64,000 bases of DNA from the human T2T-CHM13v2.0 reference genome, Homo sapiens. Of this stretch, positions 1 through 15,875 are shown in pieces. The notes below the pieces were generated by a model. It did no database searches and was not told the DNA's origin. It saw only the letters and a program-made list of their open reading frames with translations. The number at the start of each line of letters is the position of its first letter. Position 1 is the first letter of the stretch. The position numbers were made by a program, and so were the translations under genes. Location: NCBI RefSeq assembly GCF_009914755.1, contig NC_060934.1; one strand, given 5' to 3'.

Positions 1-462
1 AACTGTTTTATGAGACTTCTGTGGCTTTTGGTGAAATAAAGAATTTTTAAAGAAACCAGTCCAGCGTGATGATTTTTCTAATGAATGTCAAAGCCAAGCA
101 AGGGAGGCTCAGAGGAACTGAATGTCTCCAGCTGCTAAGGCTCTACTGTCTGAAAAGCTTTTGGTGGTGTGTAATTAAAAACCATAGACATCAGAGTGCT
201 AGTGTTTGAAAACTCACAGAAGCAAGCAAGGGGGTCTTTTCAGAGAATGAGCCCCGCTCTAGGTCTTTGCTTACCTCTTCTCTCCAGAGAAAACTCAGAG
301 GCATAAAAGGTGTCCCTGCCTCTCTCACAGGTAGATGTATGGTGTGTGTGGTGCTGTACGCTTTGGCTTCTATCTGCACACACTGCTCTCTGTCCCATTT
401 CATACCTTGACAGTTGTCAGTGTGGTTCCAAATTAGCTTTTTTATGTTTCTTCTCTTGCCAG

Positions 463-522
463 GAGTGGCTTTAAGGTGAAGAAGCATGAAACTCAGTCTC
501 TTGCCTGGGTGCATGTTCTCAG
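463..522 (+). pseudogene. TACC1-like exon A (S-G-C/F-K-V-K-K-H-E-T-Q-S-L-A-L-D-A-C-S-R region), 1-nt deletion
   Basis: Acceptor ttctcttgccag|G and donor CAG|gtgagt. gcc-tg-ggt-gca-tgt-tct-cag needs one extra base to read A-L-G-A-C-S-Q. As spliced, it hits TGA early in the next exon. Confidence 0.85.
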
Positions 523-749
523 GTGAGTCTGTGCTCATCCCCAGAATGTCTCTTAGACCAGGGGTCCCCCAGCGGGAGTGGATCATAAGGACTTTCCAAT
601 GAGTGCCTGAGAAACCAATTTCCAGATCCTCACTGTCCCTGAAGAAAAGGCGCCTGAAGAAAAGGGAACCCTTTCACAATGACTCTCTCTCTCTCTTTGT
701 CTCCATTTTTTTTTTTTTGTAAAACTCTCACTAAAAGCTACAAAGATGC

Positions 750-2056
750 ATCACCACAGGGTGTGAAAGTCTCCAGGGCACCAAAGGGAAGATCTGAAAT
801 ATTGGTATAGGTTCTAAGAAGATAATTGACTCTAATAACTGAAAGATATTTTTCTTAAGTCAGATGGTTTCCCAATTCATTGGTTTCGACAAAATAAGAA
901 GACCTGAGTTGTTAGCTGATAGATCTAAAAATAATCTTTGATGATAGAATTTTTGGGCACATGACTTGGAAAGGGGTTCAAAGAATTGAAAGTCCTTCTG
1001 TTACAGAACTACCTTCTGTTTCATCTATCGTTTATATAAATAAGGTTTCTTAATAATTATAATTATAAAAATAGAAATCATGAATAAAATTGACATTGAC
1101 CTCTGTTACATTCTAGCAATAAACAGTATGCATCCATGACCATATGAACTAATTGCAAAACACACATAAACCAAAACCCAAGCCCATCTGATTGCAACGA
1201 GATCCTTTTGTTCTTTTTAAAACTTTATGTCAGTATGCTTATGATTTTAGAAATACATTCATATTGGCTAATAGAATTCAATTTTAACATAACTTATTCT
1301 GTACAATTTGGACCAGAAATTTGGTATATGGTGTAAGATGTAAAAAAAGGGGTGCAGTGGGGGGAAATTTGCAATCTGAGTTATTTTTCATCTGTTACAA
1401 ATGTGTAAAAGATTCTCCCTCAAATTTTGCTAATGTAGGCAACAAGAACTATGAGAAATTTATCTTTTGTTTTCTTTAAAGAAAAACCCAAACCCACATA
1501 TTTTTGTACTGTAAAAGTTTTTAAGAATTAGTGCAATAAAACATTTTGTAGATGATATAAAAATTTACTTTTGTGTCTAATACTTATCAAAACTTGCAAT
1601 ATTTTGAAAATAAGTTGTGCATTAGTAAATGTAACAATAACTCATCAGCAGAAAAAAAAATTTAACACCTCAAGACTTATAGTCAAAGAAAAAAATGTAA
1701 CAGAGGCATTGGATAGAGACCTTTAAAAGACTTTCAGTCATGCAGATGTTTTTCATTGGGATAATTTCTTGATGGAAGTGGAATGAATAACGTAATGGAA
1801 AATGAATAACGTAAATTTCTGACTTATTCAGGAACTTGTTTGTGTAAATTTAAAATGGATCATATGGTATCATATCACAAAGGTAACTAGATAGCATTAA
1901 GCAAATTCAATATTTAGAATAAGGCAGATATTACATTCTTTGCAATTATTTAAACTTATGCTGAAAAGTGTTTAGATGTCATTTGAAAATGAAATGGGGT
2001 ACATAGATTTAAAAAAATTAGGAGGTATCTGATCAAAAAAAATTGAAAACCACTGT
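750..2056 (+). mobile_element. Degenerate hAT/Charlie-type DNA transposon fragment
   Basis: Decayed hAT C-terminal-like segment near 950-1050 and a terminal ...ttgaaaaccactg typical of Charlie TIRs. Boundaries are rough. Confidence 0.45.
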
Positions 2057-2326
2057 CTTAGACCACTTAAACTGCTTGCTGATAAACTTAGCCTAGAGAA
2101 GCTCATTTTTTAAAACCTCAGACTCAAATTACAGAACCTAGGTTCTATAAAACAGCATGTCACAATTGAAAGTTCCAGCTTCCTCCTTGCTTTGTACCCA
2201 GATCTGTGGCTAACTCCCTCAGATATCTTTATGGAGTTGTATCCACTTGGTTCCATTCATGAGATGTCACTTTTCCCCATTGCTTGCCCTCCTAAAGGGT
2301 AACATCTTCTTTGTTGTGTTTCTCAG

Positions 2327-2533
2327 GATGAAGGGGCAGTGATCTACCAGATTTCAGACATTTCTAATAGGGATGTCCACGCTACCAATGAGGAGAAACT
2401 GACATCCACGTCATGTGGTCAGAAATCAGGTGCGGGCAAGGTGAAAGGTGACCAGAGGGAGACCTGGAGTACTTTGAATGTTCCAGTGCTCCCATGTCTA
2501 CCATAAATCATGCGTTTTCATCCTCAGAAGCAG
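2327..2533 (+). pseudogene. TACC1-like exon B (DEGAV...SSSEA), 1-nt deletion near 2451
   Basis: Acceptor tttctcag|GAT and donor GCAG|gtatgg. The first frame gives DEGAVIYQISDISNRDVHATNEEKLTSTSCGQKSGAGKVKG and stops at TAA 2504-2506. The shifted frame gives PEGDLEYFECSSAPMSTINHAFSSSEA. Confidence 0.9.
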
Positions 2534-2830
2534 GTATGGAAGCATATCTTCATCTTTCTAATGTATATATGCATAGAAATGCCTGAAAGCCTAATGAAGC
2601 AGGAGGCACCTTACAGAGCTTAAAGAATTGGGTCACTGGAAGGATAGATTTAGGATTATTGACCTATGCTTTTGCTTCTTTATCGAGAAAGTGGACACTA
2701 ACAAAAGTGCTTATTGAAGTACTAGGAACATAGGGATACTTGTGGCAAGTTGTATAGGAGACGCTGATGTGTGTGAGACTGCTTGAATTTCTTTATAATT
2801 TTCTGTCAATATGGCCATATCTTGTAGTGG

Positions 2831-3254
2831 TGTGTTAGTTCATTTGCGTTGCTGTAAAGGAATACCTGAGACTGGATGATTTATAAGAAAAAGAGGTTTA
2901 TTTGGTTCATTTTTCTTCAGGCTGTAGAAGAAGCATGGCACCAGTGTCTGCTTCTGGTGAGGGACTCAGGAAGCTTCCAATAATGGCAGAAGGCAAAGGG
3001 GAGCGAGTGGTCACATGGCGAGAGGGAAGGAGGAAGAGAGAGGGGTAGGAAGATGCCAAGCTGTTTTTAAGAGACATATCTTGCAGAAACTAAGAGACCA
3101 AGAAGTCACTCATTACCACAAGGAAGGCACCAAGCTATTCATGCGGGATACGCCCCTATGACCCAAACACCTCCCATTAGGCCTCACTCACCTCCACCAT
3201 TGGGATTAAGTGTCAACATGAGATTCAGAGGGGATAAATATTCAAACTATATCA
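2831..3254 (-). mobile_element. MST (MSTA/B-like) MaLR solo LTR
   Basis: tgtgttagttcatttgcgttgctgtaaaggaatacctgagactgg...caaactatatca, the reverse complement of an MST LTR. Confidence 0.85.
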
Positions 3255-3276
3255 GATGGCCTATAAATATGTCATA

Positions 3277-3650
3277 CATTATGCAGCCATAAAAAAAATG
3301 GGTTCATGTCCTTTGCAGGGACATGGATGAAGCTGGAAGCCATCATTCTCAGCAAAGTAACAGAGGAACAGAGGACCAAACACCACATGTTCTTACTCTT
3401 AAGTTAGAGTTGAACAATGAGAACACATAGACACAGGAAGGGGAGAATCACACACCAGGGTCTGTCAGGGGGGTGGGGGAAAATGGGAGGGGGAGCATAA
3501 ACACAAATACCTAATGCGTGCTGGGCTTAAAAACTAGATGACAAGCTGATAGGTGCAGTAAACCACCATGGCAGATATATACCTATGTAACAAACCTGCA
3601 CATTCTGCACAAGTATCCCAGAACTTAAAGTAAAACAAAAAATAAATAAA
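3277..3650 (+). mobile_element. 5'-truncated L1PA (older, ~L1PA8-10-like) 3' end
   Basis: L1 3'UTR, A-rich tail and a 14-bp TSD ataaatatgtcata at 3263-3276 and 3651-3664. Confidence 0.9.
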
Positions 3651-3710
3651 ATAAATATGTCATATGTCTGACTTTTTATGATTTTTATGTTCATTGTTTA
3701 ACTTACAGAA

Positions 3711-4420
3711 ATAATAACTAATACATATGGTGCCTTATCATGTGCAGGCATTGTTCTAAGTGCCTTGCATATACTTATTCATAGCAAGGTGTTACTCTTT
3801 TCTCCTTTTTTCAGAGAAACAAAGAAGGCAAAAAGTTAAGTAACTTGACTAAAGTCTCTTGGCAAGTGTAGGAAAGAAAAGTGGTATCTTTCCTCACTCA
3901 TCACAAGGTTCATGGCTGAGACATCTCTAACAGAAGACAGATCAACAAGACAAAAGCATACAAATATATTTAATATAAGTTTTACATGACATTAGAGCCT
4001 CCAGAAATGAAGACCCAAACAGGGAAAACTGTACTTTTATGGAGAGTTGTGCAGAAGTACAATTGGAGGACAGAAGGGTGTGATCTAATGGTAATAAACT
4101 AGGGGAACTTAGTCAATCCTGTTTATTTCAATTCCTCTTAGTGTCTGTGTCTTTCAGGATAAGGACTTTGTTTTTCTCTGGGTGTAGGGAGGACCCCTCT
4201 GTTATTAGGTCTTATGACCTATTTTCATGGGAAGGTCTGAGGGATTCCTTTATGGCCTGCTTCAGGGGAGAGGGCAGGAGAGGTGCCAAGAGACCTTCCT
4301 GCTTCTGCTGTGTCCTCAGGTGCGAAGGCACCAGATTTTGGTGAAGTGTGTTCTGAACCTTGTCAGTAGTAAATGGTAGAACTACATTTGACTCTAAGCA
4401 GTCTGGTTCCATGATCGTTT
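3711..4420. mobile_element. MIR split by the LTR at 3867-4365
   Basis: MIR core motifs (..aagtaacttgactaaagtc.. | ..agtaaatggtagaac..cagtctgg) continue across the LTR. Confidence 0.6.
3867..4365 (-). mobile_element. ERV1-class solo LTR (MER39/MER93-like)
   Basis: TG...CA termini; the minus strand starts tgacaaggttcagaacacac..ccaaaatctggtgccttcg..cagcagaagcaggaaggtctct. Confidence 0.65.
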
Positions 4421-5368
4421 AGCCACAATGTCAAAGTGTGAAGAGATTATCTTAATGACCCTAGGCTACTGTAAATTTTCCTGGTACAGTGTGTTAGGTT
4501 GAAACTGACCAGTGCACTGTAAAATCTTTCTTAAAGTGCTAATGAGGAAGTTGGACTAAGCAGGGCTGAAGCCTCTTACTGATGGACTTTTCAGATCATT
4601 CTAGAGCTAAGCCCCTCTCCTGGGTACCAAGTTAGATGGATGGCTTTAAACTTTACTTATGAAAAGTTTAGAAACATGTTCCTGACTACATTAAACATTA
4701 TTAAAAACTTAGATCTTCTTAAACAACATAATTTTATTTGTGGCATTTTATGCACAGAATTTTAAAAGTCATGATCTGCCATTAAGCCAGGGAAGCAGAT
4801 GGAAAGTCAGGACTTGGAGCAATTTATTCCCCCTGGTCTCCTTCCCATCTCAGATCCCAGTCTCTCTTCTATAAAATATTGGGCCAAGCATTGTTCCTGA
4901 TTTTGTCCAACACTGCCTTCTGCCCTGACATCTTTCCCAAAGACCGTGTTCACCATTCTGCCGGTTTCTCTGGGTTAATCCTGAGTATTCTTGCACCTGC
5001 CTTCATTTCGTCCATCTGAAGTGTTTTCCTTTGCTGCCTCCTACACAGATCTGCACATCCCTTCAGGTCTCTCCTGCATGCTTTATGCTCCCATGACATT
5101 TCCTATTCCCCTTCCTGTTCCACAGCACCTAGTGCAGTGTGTCAATTACAGGAAAGTAATATTATAAACTTACTGAGGTTAGAGACTAGGAGACGGTCAT
5201 TTTCGAGTCACCTTTGACACAGTACATGGTAAACATTTATTGAATTATATTCTTCCTCACCCGAGGAAATTCCTTCAACGAAAATTTATACAGACAGCTG
5301 GGACACTTGTTTACATCTCTTCCCCCTACTGTTTGCTAACTTTGAAGATAGTACTGTATGCTATCTTC

Positions 5369-5517
5369 ATACTGAAAGAAACCTGAGCCCAACCTGTCCC
5401 TCCACGTTCAGGAACTTATAAAGCATGGCGGACACGTCTTCTTCCATCCTTTGGCACGTCTCCTTCTCTATGCCTAAGACAGAAAGTCATTTTTATAGTT
5501 ATCCCAATAAGTTGGTT
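5369..5517 (-). repeat. Inverted duplicate of 6537-6684, including TACC1 exon C (exon copy 5421-5473, minus strand)
   Basis: The reverse complement matches 6537-6684 with few mismatches and a 1-nt insertion. The acceptor is intact; the donor is changed from gtaag to tataag. Confidence 0.95.
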
Positions 5518-6580
5518 CCTTATTGGGAACCAGATTTAAAAAGGGGGAAGAGATTTAAAGAACCGGCTACACTGTAACTGATCAGCCACATCACAGGCAA
5601 GTGGAGGCTGCTGTACTGGTGTGGGGGTGGCTACAGGCCCTGTTAGGTGAATCCAGACCATGTCCTGGGGAGTGTCCACTTGGAGTTGGGTCCTGATGGC
5701 TACTTACCTAGATGTTTTCTGGGAAATGAGACCCTCACACAGCCATGGGGAGGAAGCCGCCATGTTGGTAAAATGCCCAGTTTCTTTCTCTGAGTACATG
5801 GCAAGTGGGAAACAAGGTCATACCATGGAATCTGGGCTTGAGCCTTTGGTAGGGAGTGGGGAGGTTGAAGGTTTTTGAACAAGGGAGTGAGGGTCACATT
5901 TGTGTTTTAAATAATTAACTGACAACAATAGTAGTTAGTGATTGCCATGTGGAGGATTGTAGCTTTAAAGTTTTGTATGCTTTTCTGTATTTTTATGTTT
6001 ACTTCAATGAGTGCATCTTCTGGTTATTTTAAATGTCACCCTCCACCCTAGTAGAGTAGAGGATAGACCTGAGATGAGGAAGCCCATTTGAAGGGTATGG
6101 AGGAAGAATGAGTTTAGATTTGCTGGCTTAAATTTTAAAGCTTATTATCTTATCTGCTGCATTAATTAGATCAAGGCCACTCTTCTGGGCTGGAATTTAA
6201 ATTCATTCAGACTTGATGATAAAAAAAAAAATCAGTGTTACAGTGTGTTCACTTTCTGCCGTAATGCCATGGTTAGTCCAGTGCATTAGCCAAAATTGTA
6301 ATGGACACAAGGGTGCAGGCTTGCTGTTCTTTCTGCCTGAAGGTTGATGACCTGTTTGTGGCTGACTAACCTGTGCTCTTCTTCTGAATGTCATGGACTT
6401 GTAATGCTGAACTGCACAGCGCTCAGCAGAATGCCAGCGCTCCTTTTAAATAAAATTTTGGAATGCTGTTTATGTGTTCACTGTCATTCTTGGCCTGCAC
6501 TGGGGTTTCCAAGAGCCTTTCACTAGGGGGAAAAGCAACCAACTTATTGGGATAACTATAAAAATGACTTTCTGTCTTAG

Positions 6581-6633
6581 GCATAGAGAAGGAGACGTGC
6601 CAAAAGGTGGAAGAAGACGTGTCCACCATGCTT
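6581..6633 (+). pseudogene. TACC1-like exon C (53 nt, GIEKETCQKVEEDVSTML), frame intact
   Basis: Acceptor ctttctgtcttag|GC and donor CTT|gtaagt. The phase-1 start fits the end of exon B. Confidence 0.9.
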
Positions 6634-6791
6634 GTAAGTTCCTGAATGTGGAGGGCCAGGTGGGGCTCGGGTTTCTTTCAGTATTTGTTTTGAAGCCCAT
6701 GTGAATTTGTTAAACTCTGGTCAGTGTTAGGTGATGAGGATAAAATACAAATAAGACACAGTTTCTTCACTTGAGGAACATGTAGTCTCTG

Positions 6792-7293
<502 letters not shown>

Positions 7294-8341
7294 GGTTTAC
7301 TCAGTTCTTGAAACAAACTTTAAACTTCCTGATTCCCAACTTATTCACCCATAAAATGAGCAGCACCCATCTGCCTCTTCAGAGTAGTTGTGAGGATAAG
7401 ATGAAATGACAGTGTGAAAGATTTAAGCTGTAAAGTGCTAGAATACACTAGTGGTGTGCTAGAATACACTGGTGTAATGTTGATAGGAAATACGTGGGAA
7501 AGAGTGTGAAAAAAGACAGTGAAAAAGAAAAGAGTGAAAAGGAAGAATGACAAACACTGTCTCTGGAGCCAGCTGGTGAGTAACTTATATGCTGTGACCT
7601 TTTAAGAGCAACTCCCTTTGAACTTCCCAACATAAATTAATTTCTACATCCTTAAAGCACTGAATAAACATTGTATAAAGAAATTTCAGCAAGCAAAACA
7701 TGGAATGAAGAAATCTGTTTAATCCAGCATTTACTTTTTAAGTTTCTCTGTGTCACTCTGAAGTCCATTCCTATGCAGTTTGTGCCCAGCAGTAGGTGGT
7801 GGCTGGGACTAAGGCCAGAGTACAGTCAGTGGTGGGGAGTCAGTCTCACCTTGCTTTTCAGCTGTTGTTCTGCAGCATTTTTGATGTAGGAAGTTAACTT
7901 TTCTTTTTAAGTTTTAAATTTCTTAAGAGCTGAGTTCATTTGGCTTTTCTGGGAGTGTCACTGTTAGAGTACAGCAGGGGCTGGTACTGCTCCATTGTGA
8001 TTGAGGACAAATGACAGGATGAGCACAGTCAGCATATGGCCACAGATCAGTGATGCAAATTCTCCTGCCATGAGGACATAGCCACAGGAATCTGTGGCAT
8101 CTGTGCTCACTATAGATTTGCAACCGGGAGTCCATTGAGTTCTATTGTCTATACACTGGTCTTTGTTGGTCTTCAATTGTGAACGTTTTGAGGGACTGGG
8201 AGAAGCATTTGGCAAACATGAAATGAGGCCCTTTTGGAAGGATATGATTGATTGATTTAGCATGTTAATTAAAGACACACTGGATGGCCCAGGCCTGAAA
8301 GAGATCTTCTGGTCAATTCTGTGTGATGGTAGCTTCTATAA

Positions 8342-8541
8342 TAAGGTTGTCCAGCTTGCTTAATTTTGTTGTTGTTGTTCTGTTTTGTTTTGTTTTAGGC
8401 TTTTATCAGCCTGAAGCCATGGTTTTTAGTTTCTGTCTCTAGTGATAAGCAGAAAAGACGGATGAGGAAGGAGCTTTACTGTCCCAACCAGAAACAACAA
8501 CTAAGAATCCATGACTGTATTCTCTCCCTCGGATACTCCTG
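8342..8541 (-). mobile_element. MER30B-like hAT DNA transposon
   Basis: Minus strand reads caggagtatccgagggagagaatacagtcatgg...ctaaaaaccatggcttcaggctg...aaacaaaacagaacaacaacaacaaaa..ggacaacctt. Confidence 0.65.
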
Positions 8542-10341
8542 TTAGCTATTCTGCACTTTTTGGTAAGCAACTTCAAGGACTAAGGAATATAAAAAGTTAA
8601 ATCCTAGGAGACTGGAAAAGATGGCTAAAGTAGGCCGTGTCATACATTCCTGCCCTTACACCTGTGAGAGCTGTTGCATTTTGAGTAGTGAGGCTTGTAG
8701 ATGTGGCCAGGCCAAGAGAAGAGTGGCCGGGGAGAGCTGCCAAGCTGAAGAGTCCACTTGCCTGGAGACATCAAAAACCATCCAAGGTCTGATCTCCCAC
8801 CTCCAGCTCAGTATGCTGCCTGTTCTGACCCCACATGTGTTAGCATTAAGTTGTTAAGCAGATAGACTGAATGCATTTGCCCCCTCAAGAAATGACTGAG
8901 ATGCCAAACTCTGTAATGGACATTGATGTTTTCCTGGCTAAGAAGATTTTTAGGAGGCTTATTTCCCAAATTCTCATGAACCTTGTAGCCATGGGAAGCC
9001 CTGAGAGTCTGTTTCCTAAAGTTGACTTAACCTGGGGAGTCTGGCTTAAACTAAGAACTCACAAGAGACTGACCAACGAAATGCTATTAATTTAGACTTG
9101 GAAGTGTAACAGCAAGGTGAATCAAGTGTCAACTTGACTTCCTGTAATACCTCCCTTTAGGCAAGTTACAGTTTCTTGATAAGAAATAAGGCACAGGAGG
9201 TTAATGAGATGGTGCATATGTCTAGGAGTGTATCAGCTATCTACTGCTCTGTAACACATGCTAAAATTCTGTTTCTGAGTGTTTCCTAGAGAAAGGGTAA
9301 AACTATAATGACTGAAAAATTTAAAAGCCACTGGTCTAAGTTCACCTTAGACTTTCTGTTTAGTATTTGTTCACACAAGATATAACTGATTGATTATAAT
9401 CAATAATTGATCAGTTATGCCCACATTTAAGATTAAGATTATTCCAGGTCACTTTGGCATTTTGGATTTCCCAAAGTATTAAATGACTCATTTATATAAA
9501 AAGTTTACTTCTGTAGGTGGGAGGAATAGCCAGCAAAAAATCCTTTTGGGAAGGAAAAATACTACAAAGTCCAAGTTCTTGTGAAAAAACAAACAAACAA
9601 ACAAACAAAAAACAACACTTGCCAGTGTTTGGCTCTGGAACCTTCTGGAACCTGGGTTTATAATAGAAGGGAGCCACCACCTCAGAAGGCAAAGTGCTGC
9701 CCGGAAGGGAGTGAAAAACTTAGTAGCAAGGAATAACCAACACACAGGCATGGACCTTGACTTATATATGGCCGTTTTGCATACAACCAACAATGGCGGA
9801 CACCCAGCAAGCTGGGTTATGGCCGGAGGTCGCTATGGAGCAGTGGAAGTTCATTATGATCCTGAATCATCTGGGTGGAAGAGTGGTTCGGAGTTCAAAT
9901 ATATCTGCTATTTCTGCCTCCTTAGTCCTGAAAGTTAGTATTTTAGAAACATTTCCACCTGCAGGGGGTGGAGCCAAGATGGCCAAATAGGAACAGCTCC
10001 AGTCTACAGCTCCCAGCATGAGCGATGCAGAAGATGGGTGATTTCTGCATTTCCAACTGAGGTACTGGGTTCATCTCAATGGGGAGTGCCGGACAGTGGG
10101 GGCAGGACAGTGGGTGCAGTGCACCATGTGTGAGCCAAAACAGGGAGAGGCATCCCCTCACCTGGGAAGTGCAAGGGGTCAGGGAATTCCCTTTCCTAGT
10201 CGAAGAAAGGGGTGACAGACGGCACCTGGAAAATCAGGTCACTCCCACCCTAATACTGCACTTTTCCAATGGGCTCAAAAAACGGCACACCAGGAGATTA
10301 TATCCCGCACATGGCTTGGAGGGTCCTACGCCCACGGAGCC

Positions 10342-10416
10342 TCACTCATTGGTAGCACAGCAGTCTGAGATCAAACTGCAAGGTGGCAGCGAGGCTGGGA
10401 AAGGGGCGCCCGCCAT
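10342..10416 (-). pseudogene. Truncated L1 ORF0 (MAGAPFPASLPPCSLISDCCATNE*)
   Basis: The antisense ATG at 10416 matches the ORF0 N-terminus; TGA occurs at codon 25. Confidence 0.8.
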
Positions 10417-10986
10417 TGCCCAAGCTTGAGTAGGTAAACAAAGCAGCTGGGAAGCTCAAACTGGGTGGAGCCCACACAGCTCAAGGAGGCCTGCCTGCCT
10501 CTACAGGCTCCACCTCTGGGGGCAGGGCACAAACAAAAGACAGCAATAACCTCTGCAGACTTAAATGTCCCTATCTGACAGCTTTGAAGAGAGTAGTGGT
10601 TCTCCCAGCATGCAGCTGCAGATCTGAGAACGGGCAGACTGCCTCCTCAAGTGGGTCCCTGAGTCCCGAGTAGCCTAACCAGGAGGCACCCCCCAGTAGG
10701 GGTGGACTGACACCTCACATGGCCGTGTACTCCTCTGGGACAAAACTTCCAGGGGAACGATCAGGCAGCAGCATTTGCAGTTCACCAATATCCGCTATTC
10801 CACAGCCACCACTGCTGATACCCAGGCAAACAGGGTCTGGAGTGGACCTCCAGCAAACTCCAACAGACCTGCAGCTGAGGGTCCTGACTGTTAGAAGGAA
10901 AACTAACACACAGAAAGGATATCCACACCAAAAACCCATCTGTAAATCAACATCATCAAAGACCAAAGGTAGATAAAACCACAAAA

Positions 10987-11950
10987 ATGGGGAAAAAACA
11001 GAGCAGAAAAACCGGAAACTCTAAAAATCAGAGCACCTCTCCTCCTCCAAAGGAACGCAGCTCCTCACCAGCAATGGAACAAAGCTGGATGGAGAATGAC
11101 TTCAGAATATCAAACTACTCCAAGCTAAAGGAGAAAGTTCGAACCAATGGCAAAGAAGTTAAAAACTTTGAAAAAATATTACATGAATGGATAACTAGAA
11201 TAACCAATGCAGAGAAGTCCTTAAAGGACCTGATGGAGCTGAAAACCATGGCACAAGAACTACGTGACGAATGCACAAGCCTCAGTAACTGATGCCATCA
11301 ACGGGAATAAAGGGTAACAGCAATGGAAGATGAAATGAATGAAATGAAGCATGAAGAGAAGTTTAGAGAAAAAAGAATAAAAAGAAACAATCAAAGCCTC
11401 AAGAAACATGGGACTATGTGAAAAGACCAAATCTACGTCTGACTGGTGTACCTGAAAGTGATGGGGAGAATGGGACCAAGTTGGAAAACACTCTGCAGGA
11501 TATTATCCAGGAGAACTTCCCTATCTAGCAAGGCAGGCCAACATTCAAATTCAGGAAATACAGAGAACACCACAAAGATACTCCTTGAGAAGGGCAACTC
11601 CAAGACACATAATTGTCAGATTCACTACAGTTGAAATGAAGGAAAAAATGTTAAGGGCAGCCAGAGAGAAAGGTCAGGTTACCCACAAAGGGAAGCCCAT
11701 CAGACTAACAGCTGATCTCTCAGCAGAAACTCTACAAGCCAGAAGAGAGTGGGGGCCAATATTCAACATTTTTAAAGAAAAGAATTTTCAACCCGGAATT
11801 TCATATCCAGCCAAACTAAGCTTCATAAGTGAAGGAGAAATAAAATCCTTTACAGACAAGCAAATGCTGAGAGATTTAATTAACACCGGACCTGCCCTAA
11901 AAGAGCTCCTGAAGGAAGCACTAAACATGGAAAGGAACAACCGGTACTAG
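10987..11950 (+). pseudogene. L1 ORF1p, disrupted
   Basis: MGKKQSRKTGNSK... start, an in-frame 24-nt deletion at 11102/3, a stop at 11290-11292 and later frameshifts. The C-terminal piece ends ..LNMERNNRY. Confidence 0.95.
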
Positions 11951-12025
11951 CCACTGCAAAATCATGCCAAAATGTAAAGACCATCGAGACTAGGAAGAAA
12001 CTGCATCAACTAACGAGCAAAATAA

Positions 12026-15875
<3,850 letters not shown>

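Noticed and set aside
191-586. 131-aa minus-strand ORF
   Set aside because: It is antisense to TACC1-like exon A and its introns, has no recognisable domain, and is most likely a chance ORF.
8342-8541. Possible snoRNA retrocopy (about 200 nt with an A-rich end)
   Set aside because: Sequence and termini fit a MER30B-like DNA transposon better; the A-rich part is internal to the element.
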